Source: a virus
Taxonomy: Duplodnaviria > Caudoviricetes
Virus record (IMG/VR): IMGVR_UViG_3300043781_000064
Location: 1 to 34,771 of that record
DNA: 34,771 nucleotides
Reading direction: 5' to 3' (one strand)
The notes under the pieces are model-generated. The model was given only the letters and a program-made list of their open reading frames with translations, was not told where the DNA came from and did no database searches. This document shows, in pieces, positions 9,014 through 17,651 of this stretch (its first letter is position 1; the number at the start of each line of letters is the position of its first letter). Position numbers and translations under genes: made by a program.

Positions 9014-9282
9014 TGCCAGCAAATCAATTGATTACTCAGCCGCGTCAGGAAGTGGATATGGAGATTACTGTGACGGATGGGGATGTCATGCCATACACAT
9101 ATCATCTGCATGATGTCTTCAGCGAAACGGTAGGACGAATCAGCAGTTGCAAGCAGAAAGGCACTATGTTCCGCTTTCGGGCGATCTACGACCCGATTGG
9201 CAGAACGCCCAAGACCGGCATGGTGGCTGTTGATCCTAAGCTGATCATCTCAGTACGAGAAGAGCCGAAGGTGGCAGATTGA
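9010..9282 (+). CDS. Hypothetical protein
   Basis: AAGGAGGTG RBS, ATGA overlap. Confidence 0.75.
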   Translation: MMPANQLITQPRQEVDMEITVTDGDVMPYTYHLHDVFSETVGRISSCKQKGTMFRFRAIYDPIGRTPKTGMVAVDPKLIISVREEPKVAD

Positions 9283-9716
9283 TGCACGAGAATGGTATTA
9301 GCATGTGGTTTCGGTTTGCGGTTGAGCCAGTCGAACAGCAACGGCCTAGAGCTGTGCATCGTAGGAAGGGTATTCGCCTGTACGACCCTGCCAAAGTGAA
9401 GGCGTACAAGGTACAGCTGCATGATCTGGCAAGCCGTGAGTATCATGGCAGTCCTTTTAAGGATGCCATCAAAGTTGAGCTGACCTTCTATCGACGTATT
9501 CAGAAGTCGATCAGCAACGCAGAGTACGAGCGTAGGCTTAAAAATGAGACTCTCCCAACGGTTAAACCGGATACCGATAACTTTATCAAATCGACACTGG
9601 ACGCTCTCACGGGTGTCTTATGGGCCGATGACAACATCATCACCGATATCGTTGCCAGAAAGCGATACAGCGATGATCCGCATATCTTTATCAAAATTAC
9701 GCCAATGAGGAAATGA
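9279..9716 (+). CDS. rusA: RusA-family Holliday junction resolvase
   Basis: KPDTDNFIKSTLDALTGVLWADD catalytic signature. Confidence 0.93.
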   Translation: MMHENGISMWFRFAVEPVEQQRPRAVHRRKGIRLYDPAKVKAYKVQLHDLASREYHGSPFKDAIKVELTFYRRIQKSISNAEYERRLKNETLPTVKPDTDNFIKSTLDALTGVLWADDNIITDIVARKRYSDDPHIFIKITPMRK

Positions 9717-9720
9717 GGAG

Positions 9721-10311
9721 GTGACAGCTGTGGAATCGCCATATCAATCGCTTGACGACAACTGGCAGTGGTATGAGCAGAACTATATGTTTGAGTTTCG
9801 CAATAAGGACCTGCTCGATGGCACAGTTAAACCAGAGGATCAGGAACGCTACGATCTCTTTAAACAGCAGGTAATCAAATATCGAGGCAGTGACGATATT
9901 TTGGAGCATGACAAGCGCACACCACAATGGTACCGAACTGACCGTAAAATCGTTAGGTGGCTAAAAGAAGCCTGGAAGAAGAACAAGGACATTAGATGGG
10001 TCAAGGAACATGCAAAAGTCAGTGAATCAACCTATGACAGACATCTGTTTTTAAGTGAGAATGTAAGCGCGCTGCACAACAAGATAAGGGCACGCAATCG
10101 CCACAAAAAGACATTCGACAAGAAAGTAACTATCTGTATTGATATGCAGACATACAAACGATACGAGTTTGATTCGCGGACTGATTGCGATCATTATTTC
10201 GACTGGCCTACCGGGACAGCATCACAGATGATCAGCACCAAAAAGCATTATCATCATCGCTATTGGATTTTTGATAAGGAAGACGAGGAAAAAGTGCATG
10301 GGAAAGTTTAA
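9721..10311 (+). CDS. Hypothetical protein, possible NUMOD1-like DNA-binding C-terminus
   Basis: KKVTICID...YEFDSRTDCDHYF pattern; start codon uncertain. Confidence 0.65.
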   Translation: MTAVESPYQSLDDNWQWYEQNYMFEFRNKDLLDGTVKPEDQERYDLFKQQVIKYRGSDDILEHDKRTPQWYRTDRKIVRWLKEAWKKNKDIRWVKEHAKVSESTYDRHLFLSENVSALHNKIRARNRHKKTFDKKVTICIDMQTYKRYEFDSRTDCDHYFDWPTGTASQMISTKKHYHHRYWIFDKEDEEKVHGKV

Positions 10312-10395
10312 CGGCTTAGGTACTGCAGTAGTTGTCTGCGTGCTGTTTTGGACGTTTGTAATCGTACTGTTGGCACATGTTTTGGGAGGTTAGGT

Positions 10396-10539
10396 ATGAG
10401 TAAGAAACTAGTACTGGGAACATTGGTAATTGGATTTGAGTATGCAGCTATCGCATCAATTACGATTGCCATGATTATGACGGTCCACAACACCACAGTC
10501 AGGTTCATTTGCTTCATGTTGAGCCTGTTATTTCTTTAG
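10396..10539 (+). CDS. Small membrane protein
   Basis: GGAGG RBS, MSKKLVLGTLVIG..., hydrophobic. Confidence 0.55.
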   Translation: MSKKLVLGTLVIGFEYAAIASITIAMIMTVHNTTVRFICFMLSLLFL

Positions 10540-10635
10540 GCAATCAGCATGGCAGTAAAAAAGAGCCGCACCATGATGGCACGACCCTCTAATGAATCAA
10601 CACCATCAATTATAGCAGAGGAGAGTGGTGTCGTG

Positions 10636-11112
10636 GTGCAAATGGATTTAGGCTTGGAAATCGACAGCAAGGAGACCGCTGCTAATGTGCGACGATTCTG
10701 GACGTATGGGATTAATCGGTATCTATATCAAGCTGGTCTGCATCGCAATCAGCTCAAATCGCCGACACTCAGTCTAGCAGGTGGCGGTGGGTCAACTGGC
10801 AATCATGCTGAGGACAGACTCATTAGTGGGATGCAGGCACAGCGCATGTGCGACTGCATCAGGGATACGCTAGAAAACTGTGAGCCTTTGACGTATCAAA
10901 TCATATCAGCCGTCTATATCGAAGGCCTAAAAGACTGGCAGATGGCCGACAAACTCTGCTATTCATCATCACAGTATCAGTACATCAAGCGGGGATGCAT
11001 GTGTGAGTTCGCTGAGCGATTCGAGGGCTTTGAGCGTCGATATGGATTTGATGAAGATGATCAAGTCAAACTGGTTCAAAAAAATCGGACTTTGACAAGA
11101 CGACGACAATAG
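10636..11112 (+). CDS. ArpU/RinA-family late transcriptional activator
   Basis: IDSKETAANVRRF, LKSP, C-terminal sigma-r4-like HTH (DWQMADKLCYSSSQY), EFAE; last early gene. Confidence 0.88.
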   Translation: MQMDLGLEIDSKETAANVRRFWTYGINRYLYQAGLHRNQLKSPTLSLAGGGGSTGNHAEDRLISGMQAQRMCDCIRDTLENCEPLTYQIISAVYIEGLKDWQMADKLCYSSSQYQYIKRGCMCEFAERFEGFERRYGFDEDDQVKLVQKNRTLTRRRQ

Positions 11113-11219
11113 CAGAAGTGGATTAAACTGGTATCGTGATAGAAATATCACAGGGGCTATTCGGATGCTGCAAACTGTTTTCTTCATCAATGGTTACAGG
11201 CGCTACGGCGTCTGGTTAT

Positions 11220-11371
11220 GCATCGACCGGGCAAAACGGCCAATACCTTAAATAAAATCAATGTTCATGATCTACATGAGTAGTACAGTACCTTCTTTCT
11301 GATTGGATTGGTTAAGCCTGAAATTACGTTTGAAATGCGGCTGTTTAGTGGGTTCGACTCCCACGCGATGC
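11220..11371 (+). ncRNA. tRNA-like unit 1 (acceptor-like stem + T-arm, ~120-nt insert)
   Basis: GCATCG 11220-11225 pairs with CGATGC 11366-11371; T-arm GTGGG-TTCGACT-CCCAC 11348-11364. Confidence 0.6.
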
Positions 11372-11423
11372 TTTCCCGTTAATGCGGGAACCCATTTTAT
11401 TTTTCCAAACCATTACATTAGGC

Positions 11424-11473
11424 ACCGCAAATGGTTAGCTTCAATTGCTGGCGGTTCGAATCCGCCATGCGGT
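11424..11473 (+). ncRNA. tRNA-like unit 2 (50 nt)
   Basis: ACCGCA/TGCGGT stem; T-arm GGCGG-TTCGAAT-CCGCC. Confidence 0.7.
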
Positions 11474-11535
11474 ATTGCGCTGACACACAGCAGCGCATTG
11501 TCAGTATTTAGAGTTTCACTGACTGGAAGGTCCCA

Positions 11536-11600
11536 GGTGGGCACTGCGTTTCTAACCATCATGTCGCAGCGCAAAAAAGGGTGCGAGTCCCTTACCTATC
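11536..11600 (+). ncRNA. tRNA-like unit 3
   Basis: GGTGGG/CCTATC stem (2 G-U); inner CTGCG/CGCAG hairpin; T-arm AAGGG-TGCGAGT-CCCTT. Confidence 0.55.
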
Positions 11601-11674
11601 CTTTTCCTGGCTTTAATTTCTATCAACGACAATATACCTGCCAGGACAACGTGGCGGGCGAATCCCGTCAGCGT

Positions 11675-11765
11675 GGAAGCATGGCTGAGTGGCTTAAAGC
11701 GCCAGTTTGCTAAATTGGTAAAGTCCTTTTATAGACTTTCGCAGGTTCGAATCCTGCTGCTTCCG
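11675..11765 (+). tRNA. tRNA-Ser(GCT)
   Basis: GGAAGCA/TGCTTCC acceptor, D-loop TGG, CCAGT-TTGCTAA-ATTGG anticodon arm, long variable arm, GCAGG-TTCGAAT-CCTGC, G discriminator; CCA not encoded. Confidence 0.95.
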
Positions 11766-11826
11766 TTGAGAGTAGCGCAATTCACTCTCTTGCCTTTCGA
11801 TCGATTTAGGCTTTAGATGAAAGGCA

Positions 11827-11886
11827 GACGGTACGGTCATCCCTATACTTCAGGTGGGGATGTCATGGTTCGATCCATGAGCCGTC
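11827..11886 (+). ncRNA. tRNA-like unit 4 (60 nt, no D-arm)
   Basis: GACGGT/GCCGTC stem; inner CATCCCTAT/GTGGGGATG hairpin; T-arm TCATGG-TTCGAT-CCATGA. Confidence 0.7.
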
Positions 11887-11933
11887 ATTGTCCGAAATGA
11901 CGTTAAACTATATTTCTAACATAGTATTTAGTG

Positions 11934-11963
11934 GGATGACATTGCAGTCATCCTTCTTTTTTC
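11934..11963 (+). terminator. Intrinsic terminator closing the RNA region
   Basis: GGATGAC/GTCATCC stem followed by TTCTTTTTTC. Confidence 0.75.
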
Positions 11964-12003
11964 TTAATATGTTGATATATTACTATGTTAGGAAGTTGTT
12001 CTT

Positions 12004-12918
12004 ATGAGCGAAAAAGAAAATAAGGGTGTTACCGGAAGTCAGACTATGACTTTTAGAGTTTCTGGTAATGAAATGACCAAGAAAACTGGTTATAATTTGG
12101 ACTATGTTATTGAAGCTTTTTCTAATGCCGATAATTTAATAAAGAAAACATATCTAGCATTAAATGATAGAGAAAGATTCATGGAGCATGATGCTGAAAA
12201 GTTAACTGTTAGACTTACGGAAATCAAAGAAGGATCTCTGCTTTCAGAATTATGCATACAGTATCAATCTATAATTGCTCCTGCAATGCCATTTATTATA
12301 AGTAACCAAGACTTTATTATGGAAACCATAAAAGATTCTTATGAATTCCTCAAAGCAAAAATAAGTGCAAAGAAGGAGGGAAAAGCTGTGGATGTTGTCC
12401 AAAAGGCGGGCACAAATGGGATAAACATTAACAACAACAGTGGTACAGTAGTAATTACAACCCCACAAGGTCTCCCGAATGTTGCTGATAGATTAAACCA
12501 GCCACTTACTGAATTGGCACAAAGCGTAGATGGCAAAAAAATAACGGGAATTGAAATGTGGACTCAGAAGACAACATCATCAAATATTCATCTAGATGTA
12601 AAGGATAAAGATATATTTAGTGGAACAACCGTAACTACAGATGATGAATTCCAATTTTCTGGGAAAATAATTTCTGGTAATTACGAAACTAATCGTGGCC
12701 GCATTGAAATTTCTAGTAGTGAGAGTCCTGACCTAGAAGCGGGTCAAGCATATTCAGTAGAAATTAACCCTGAATTACATGCTGAAGAAACTTGGAAAGA
12801 AATGTTTCTTACAGACCGTCCGTATTATGGCAAGTGTACATATCAAAAAAATCAAGAGGGAACTTTCAAGGTCCAAAAGTTAATAATTACTGATTGGGAT
12901 GAAAGTCAATGGAAATAA
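12004..12918 (+). CDS. AT-rich accessory (moron) protein of unknown function
   Basis: 304-aa ORF with its own terminator, between the tRNA region and terS. Confidence 0.85.
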   Translation: MSEKENKGVTGSQTMTFRVSGNEMTKKTGYNLDYVIEAFSNADNLIKKTYLALNDRERFMEHDAEKLTVRLTEIKEGSLLSELCIQYQSIIAPAMPFIISNQDFIMETIKDSYEFLKAKISAKKEGKAVDVVQKAGTNGININNNSGTVVITTPQGLPNVADRLNQPLTELAQSVDGKKITGIEMWTQKTTSSNIHLDVKDKDIFSGTTVTTDDEFQFSGKIISGNYETNRGRIEISSSESPDLEAGQAYSVEINPELHAEETWKEMFLTDRPYYGKCTYQKNQEGTFKVQKLIITDWDESQWK

Positions 12919-12920
12919 TA

Positions 12921-12946
12921 AAAAGTCAGCTTAACGGCTGGCTTTT
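12921..12946 (+). terminator. Intrinsic terminator
   Basis: AAAAGTCAGC-TTAACG-GCTGGCTTTT. Confidence 0.7.
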
Positions 12947-12951
12947 GTATT

Positions 12952-13461
12952 ATGTTTTTGGGTGATTTATTTATGTTAAAAAATTTAATTATAAGTTCTC
13001 TCATACCCTTATTGATTTCTGGTATTAGTACTGTAGGTGGTATATGGGGTGCTACTATTCAAGCAAGAAAATATGAAGATTCAAAACGTTCTAAACTTGA
13101 ATCGTATGAAAAAATATTAGAAATAATTGAGCCTATCAATGCTCTCTATATATTAATTCAAGATAATCGTTGGAACGAAGCAAGAAAATTTTGCTTTGAA
13201 GGAAGGTATGATGATTTAGATAACAAACTAAGATCAGGCGTATATGTGTTATTAATTCCTAAAAATATTCGAAAAAATACAGTAACTATTCTAGACAGGA
13301 TGTTAGAAATAGTAGAATTTCAGGAAAAACTTGAAGAAAAGAAGCCACATTATACAGTGAAGTATAATGTGGATATGCTTGAAGTAAGGAAGCACAGCCT
13401 TCACATTGATTATGGGCAATATATTTCTAAAGTGAAACGCAAATATAGACTGTTTAAGTGA
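12952..13461 (+). CDS. AT-rich accessory protein with an N-terminal TM helix
   Basis: LIISSLIPLLISGISTVGGIWGA followed by a helical soluble domain; start may be 12973. Confidence 0.8.
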   Translation: MFLGDLFMLKNLIISSLIPLLISGISTVGGIWGATIQARKYEDSKRSKLESYEKILEIIEPINALYILIQDNRWNEARKFCFEGRYDDLDNKLRSGVYVLLIPKNIRKNTVTILDRMLEIVEFQEKLEEKKPHYTVKYNVDMLEVRKHSLHIDYGQYISKVKRKYRLFK

Positions 13462-13480
13462 TCTTAGGAGGTGAGTAGTA

Positions 13481-13903
13481 TTGGCAAAGTTAACATTAAA
13501 ACAACAGCGATTTATCGATGAGTACATTATCTCTGGCAATGCTACTCAGGCAGCCATTAAAGCCGGATATGCTCCTAAAAATGCTGGACAAACCGGTGCT
13601 GAAAACCTTAGAAAACCACAAATTCAGGCTGAGTTAAAGCGTCGCAATGATGAACTACAATCACAGAAAACAATGGATATGCGGGAAGTGATGGAACGCT
13701 TGGCATCGTTTGGACGTGGTGAAGTTACTGAAGAACAAGTCACTAATAGTGGTGAAATTGTGCAGGTCAAGACCAAGAATAGCGATCAGATTCGTGCATT
13801 GGAACTGATAGGTAAGCGTTATGGTGCATGGACTGACAAGAAAGAAGTATCAGGTAGTCTTGAGATCGATGTGGGAGTTGGTGAGTACGATGAAGATGAC
13901 TAG
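13481..13903 (+). CDS. terS: Terminase small subunit
   Basis: LTLKQQRFIDEYIISGNATQAAIKAGY; AGGAGGTG RBS, TTG start. Confidence 0.95.
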   Translation: MAKLTLKQQRFIDEYIISGNATQAAIKAGYAPKNAGQTGAENLRKPQIQAELKRRNDELQSQKTMDMREVMERLASFGRGEVTEEQVTNSGEIVQVKTKNSDQIRALELIGKRYGAWTDKKEVSGSLEIDVGVGEYDEDD

Positions 13904-14028
13904 CGCAATGCTGTGCATCCCCGTGATGTTTGTTGCAATGCTTATCTGTCAGCCACACGTGATAGGTATCAAGACGCTTATTTTTTCAATGATTATGGAA
14001 CTGCTAGCTATTTCGATGGTGGTTGCTC

Positions 14029-15294
14029 ATGACAACGATTAAGCTTAACTTTCCAAAACCAGCTCGAGTATTTAACCGCCAGATATACGATAGTCTGTTT
14101 GATTATGAACATTTTGTAGAAGTCTGGTATGGCGGTGCATCGTCGGGCAAGTCGCATGGCGTAGTGCAGAAAGTAGTACTTAAGGCGCTGGGCAAATGGA
14201 AGTATCCACGTAAGGTGCTTTGGCTACGAAAGGTTGACCGTACGATTAAGGACTCGATCTTTACTGACGTATTAGACTGCCTATCAACATGGAAGCTGCT
14301 GCCACTTTGCAGAGTAAACAAATCAGACCGTACGATTAGCTTGCCTAATGGTGCGGTTTTCTTGTTTAAAGGGATGGACGATCCAGAAAAAATCAAGTCT
14401 ATCAAGGGCCTGTCAGATGTCGTCATGGAAGAAGCGTCTGAGTTTAACCAAGACGATTTTACGCAGCTCACTCTGCGACTTCGTGAACCAAAACATAAGC
14501 AACGCCAAATCTTTTGCATGTTCAACCCTGTGTCTAAGCTTAACTGGACCTATAAGCAGTGGTTTGAGCCTGGTGTGCAGATTGATCCTAAGCGTGTGGT
14601 GATCCATCAATCAACATACAAGGACAATCATTTTCTTGACGCGGACAACATCAGAACAATTGAAAACCTTAAGCAGACCAACCCTGCCTACTACAAGATC
14701 TATACGCTTGGTGAATTTGCGACACTTGATAAACTTGTCTTTCCAGATTTTGAAAAGCGACGACTCAATCAGCGTGCTTTGGCTGACTTGCCTAGTTATT
14801 TCGGCTTGGACTTTGGTTATACGAATGACGAGACGGCATTTATGCACGTTAAGGTTGACGAACGTAAGCACATTATCTATGTCATGGAAGAGTATGCCAA
14901 ACGAGGGATGCTTAATGACGAGATCGCCAAAGTAATCACTGATATGGGCTACTCTAAGGAAGTAATTACGGCTGATGCTGCCGAACCCAAATCGATTGCT
15001 GAGATCAAGCGAGACGGTATCTATCGCATTCGGCCAGCCAAGAAGGGCAAGGACAGTATCATTCAAGGCATCTCGTTTATGCAACAGTATCATCTGGTAG
15101 TTGATGATCGGTGCGTGAAGACGATTGAAGAACTCGAGAATTATACGTATAAGAAAGACCGAGCAACCAATGAGTATACAAATGAACCTGTAGATGCGTA
15201 CAACCACGAGATCGATGCAATCAGATACGCGCTGAATGAGATCAATGGAGCTAGCGCACCACACGGTAAACTACTCAAAAATATCTATATCTAA
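14029..15294 (+). CDS. terL: PBSX-family terminase large subunit
   Basis: YGGASSGKS Walker A, VVMEEA Walker B, GLDFGY and NHEIDAIRY nuclease motifs. Confidence 0.96.
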   Translation: MTTIKLNFPKPARVFNRQIYDSLFDYEHFVEVWYGGASSGKSHGVVQKVVLKALGKWKYPRKVLWLRKVDRTIKDSIFTDVLDCLSTWKLLPLCRVNKSDRTISLPNGAVFLFKGMDDPEKIKSIKGLSDVVMEEASEFNQDDFTQLTLRLREPKHKQRQIFCMFNPVSKLNWTYKQWFEPGVQIDPKRVVIHQSTYKDNHFLDADNIRTIENLKQTNPAYYKIYTLGEFATLDKLVFPDFEKRRLNQRALADLPSYFGLDFGYTNDETAFMHVKVDERKHIIYVMEEYAKRGMLNDEIAKVITDMGYSKEVITADAAEPKSIAEIKRDGIYRIRPAKKGKDSIIQGISFMQQYHLVVDDRCVKTIEELENYTYKKDRATNEYTNEPVDAYNHEIDAIRYALNEINGASAPHGKLLKNIYI

Positions 15295-15307
15295 AGGAGT
15301 GAGATCA

Positions 15308-16696
15308 ATGGCGACTATTAATGGCAAAGGGCAAGTGCTTCCTGGCAATGTTTTCATCTATCCACTGGGCGAGAAGTTAACAACGGCTGACCTGCAAGCC
15401 TTCATTCAATACAATCAGCAAGCAAGTACTGGCTATCAAGAAAACATGCGTATGTATGTAGGCGATCATGATGTATTGCATAAACTGGGGCGTGGCTTAG
15501 GACCAGACAATCGCTTGGTGGCTAATTTGCCACACTATATCGTTGATACTTACAATGGCTTTTTCAGTGGTATACCAGCCAAGATTACGCTTGATGATAA
15601 GCCAAAGAATGAATTGCTACAGCAGTGGAATGACACAAATTCCTTCCAAGACAAATTAAGTGAAATCAGCAAGCAAGCGGATATCTACGGACGTTCGCTT
15701 GCTTTTGTATATCAAGATGAAAATAGCGAAACCAAGCTGGCATATGCATCCCCAATTGAAGCGTTCATGATCTACGATGACACGGTTGCACATCAGCCGC
15801 TAGCTTTCGTGCGTTATTGGCGTGATGCCAAGAACAAGCAGATTGCTAAGGTTTACTATGCTGATGATGTCTGGGATTACTACGATGAGGTACTGGCTGT
15901 TAGTGATGACGCTAATCCATTTGGCGTTGTCCCAGCAGTTGAGTTTTACGCGAATGAAGAGCGACAAGGCGTGTTCGACAACGTCAAGACGCTGATCAAT
16001 GCCTTAGACAAGGTTCTGTCGCAGAAAGCCAACCAGGTCGAGTACTTCGACAACGCCTACTTGAAAATCCTTGGCATTAATTTGGATCAAGATGGTGATG
16101 GCAAGCCAGATATTGATATCATCAACAACCAATTGATCTACTCACCAGATGCAGACGCAACGAATGCAACCGTGGACTTTATTACAAAGCCTGACGGGGA
16201 CAACATGCAAGAACACATCATCGATCGGCTCATCTCGATGATTTATCAAATTTCAATGGTGGCAAATCTTAATGATGAAGCATTTGCAGGCAATAGCTCT
16301 GGTGTGGCCTTGCAGTACAAGCTGCTACCGATGAAGAACATGGCTGCGAATAAGGAGCGCAAATTTACCCAAGCCTTGCGACATCTATATCGTGTCGTTT
16401 TTAGTGTTGGTACTGTTTTGCCAGAAAGTGATGCTAATGCATGGCAAGACTTGCGCTTTAAATTCACGCGTAATCTGCCGGTTAACTTAGCCGATGAAGC
16501 ACAGACGGCATCAACGCTCTCTGGCATCGTCAGCAAAGAAACACAGCTGTCAACACTGTCAATTGTGGACGACCCACAAGCCGAGATTGATCGCATGCAT
16601 CAAGAACAGGCTGATGACGTTAAGAACGCACTGCAGAATGCAACATCGGCAGTAGACAGTAGAAAGACTGATGATGTAGATGACGAAGAACAATAA
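15308..16696 (+). CDS. SPP1 gp6-like portal protein
   Basis: NPFGVVPAVEF, FAGNSSGVAL, FTRNLP, SKETQLS. Confidence 0.95.
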   Translation: MATINGKGQVLPGNVFIYPLGEKLTTADLQAFIQYNQQASTGYQENMRMYVGDHDVLHKLGRGLGPDNRLVANLPHYIVDTYNGFFSGIPAKITLDDKPKNELLQQWNDTNSFQDKLSEISKQADIYGRSLAFVYQDENSETKLAYASPIEAFMIYDDTVAHQPLAFVRYWRDAKNKQIAKVYYADDVWDYYDEVLAVSDDANPFGVVPAVEFYANEERQGVFDNVKTLINALDKVLSQKANQVEYFDNAYLKILGINLDQDGDGKPDIDIINNQLIYSPDADATNATVDFITKPDGDNMQEHIIDRLISMIYQISMVANLNDEAFAGNSSGVALQYKLLPMKNMAANKERKFTQALRHLYRVVFSVGTVLPESDANAWQDLRFKFTRNLPVNLADEAQTASTLSGIVSKETQLSTLSIVDDPQAEIDRMHQEQADDVKNALQNATSAVDSRKTDDVDDEEQ

Positions 16697-17651
16697 TGCA
16701 TACTGGCGAGAGCGTGAGTGGCAATTAAAACAGCTGAAGAACGATGACAAGTTCAATCGCCAACTCAAGAGCTATTATGATCAACTGATTGTCGGCATCA
16801 ACAAAGAGATTGACCGAGAAGTTGCATCATTGGCTAGCAGAAATGGGACATCAATCGACAATGCTCGTGCAGCTGTCACTGGTGCAGATATTTCGGCGTA
16901 CGAGTCAGAAGCACAAGCGTTGGTTCGCCAGGCCGATTTGATGCGAGCGGCTGGCCACCATGTTACTTATGACGATTTCAGCGATGAAGTGAATGAGCGT
17001 ATGCGGGTATACAATGCCACCATGCGCATCAATCGTTTGGAACTGCTTAAGTCACAGATTGGCTTGCGCATGATTGAGTGCGGGATGCAAGTTGATCAAG
17101 CAGTGCAAGACAAGGTGTCTAAGGACTACACAGACGAGCTGAAACGGCAAGCTGGTATCCTTAATGTCACCTGCTAAGAACGATCAGCTATGGACGTCTA
17201 GTGATGTTGCTAAGCAGATCATGGTTCAGTTCAATGGTGCAACGTTTAGCCAACGGATCTGGGCGAACCAGGATGCACTGAAAGCTACGTTAGATGCAGT
17301 GATCAGCGTTGGTGTCATACAAGGCAAGAACCCACGCCAGATGGCTAAATTGCTGAAAGATCAAGTTCGTTCTACTATCAACAACCACAGATATGTGACG
17401 GAGCGCATTGCTCGAACCGAGTCAGCTCGTGTCAGCATGCAGCACAGGTTAAGTCGCTAACTGACAACGGCTATCGTTGGTGTAAATGGTATGCAGAGCC
17501 TGGTGCGTGTCGTGTCTGCCGAGAGATTGCTGATAATGATCCTTACGACAAGGGCTTAGGCGTATATCCGGTTGATAAAGCGCCAGAAATTCCAGTACAT
17601 CCCAATTGCCGATGTTCAATCAGCGCTTTTTGGAGTGATAAAGATGTTTAA
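16680..17651 (+). CDS. Minor head protein (SPP1 gp7/MuF-like), two apparent frameshifts
   Basis: YWRERE, RINRLELLK, FSQRIW, ERIARTESAR, HPNCRC recovered across shifts near 17168 and 17433. Confidence 0.85.

Larger units (their letters stand above)
11136..11963 (+). ncRNA. Densely structured non-coding region: hairpins plus tRNA-like units
   Basis: More than 12 adjacent stems, GAAA and C(UACG)G tetraloops and G-U pairs favouring the + strand, six T-arm-like hairpins, terminator at the end. Confidence 0.75.

Noticed and set aside
11436-11445. TAGCTTCAAT in unit 2 is complementary to the start region of the toxin-like peptide (33705-33714)
   Set aside because: Only 10 nt and AT-rich; such a match is expected by chance across the array, so it is kept only as a lead
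11303-11713. 136-aa ORF over the RNA array
   Set aside because: No clear RBS, implausible composition, runs into tRNA-Ser; better explained by RNA structure
11549-11853. Suppressor-like CTA or TCA triplets in the inner loops of units 3 and 4
   Set aside because: Not centred in canonical 7-nt anticodon loops, no D-arm, and no sign of stop-codon recoding in the genes
11136-11963. GOLLD or ROOL large RNA (known near tRNAs in lactobacillus prophages)
   Set aside because: Size and context fit, but the structure is a chain of local modules interrupted by a tRNA; I cannot support the assignment without a covariance search
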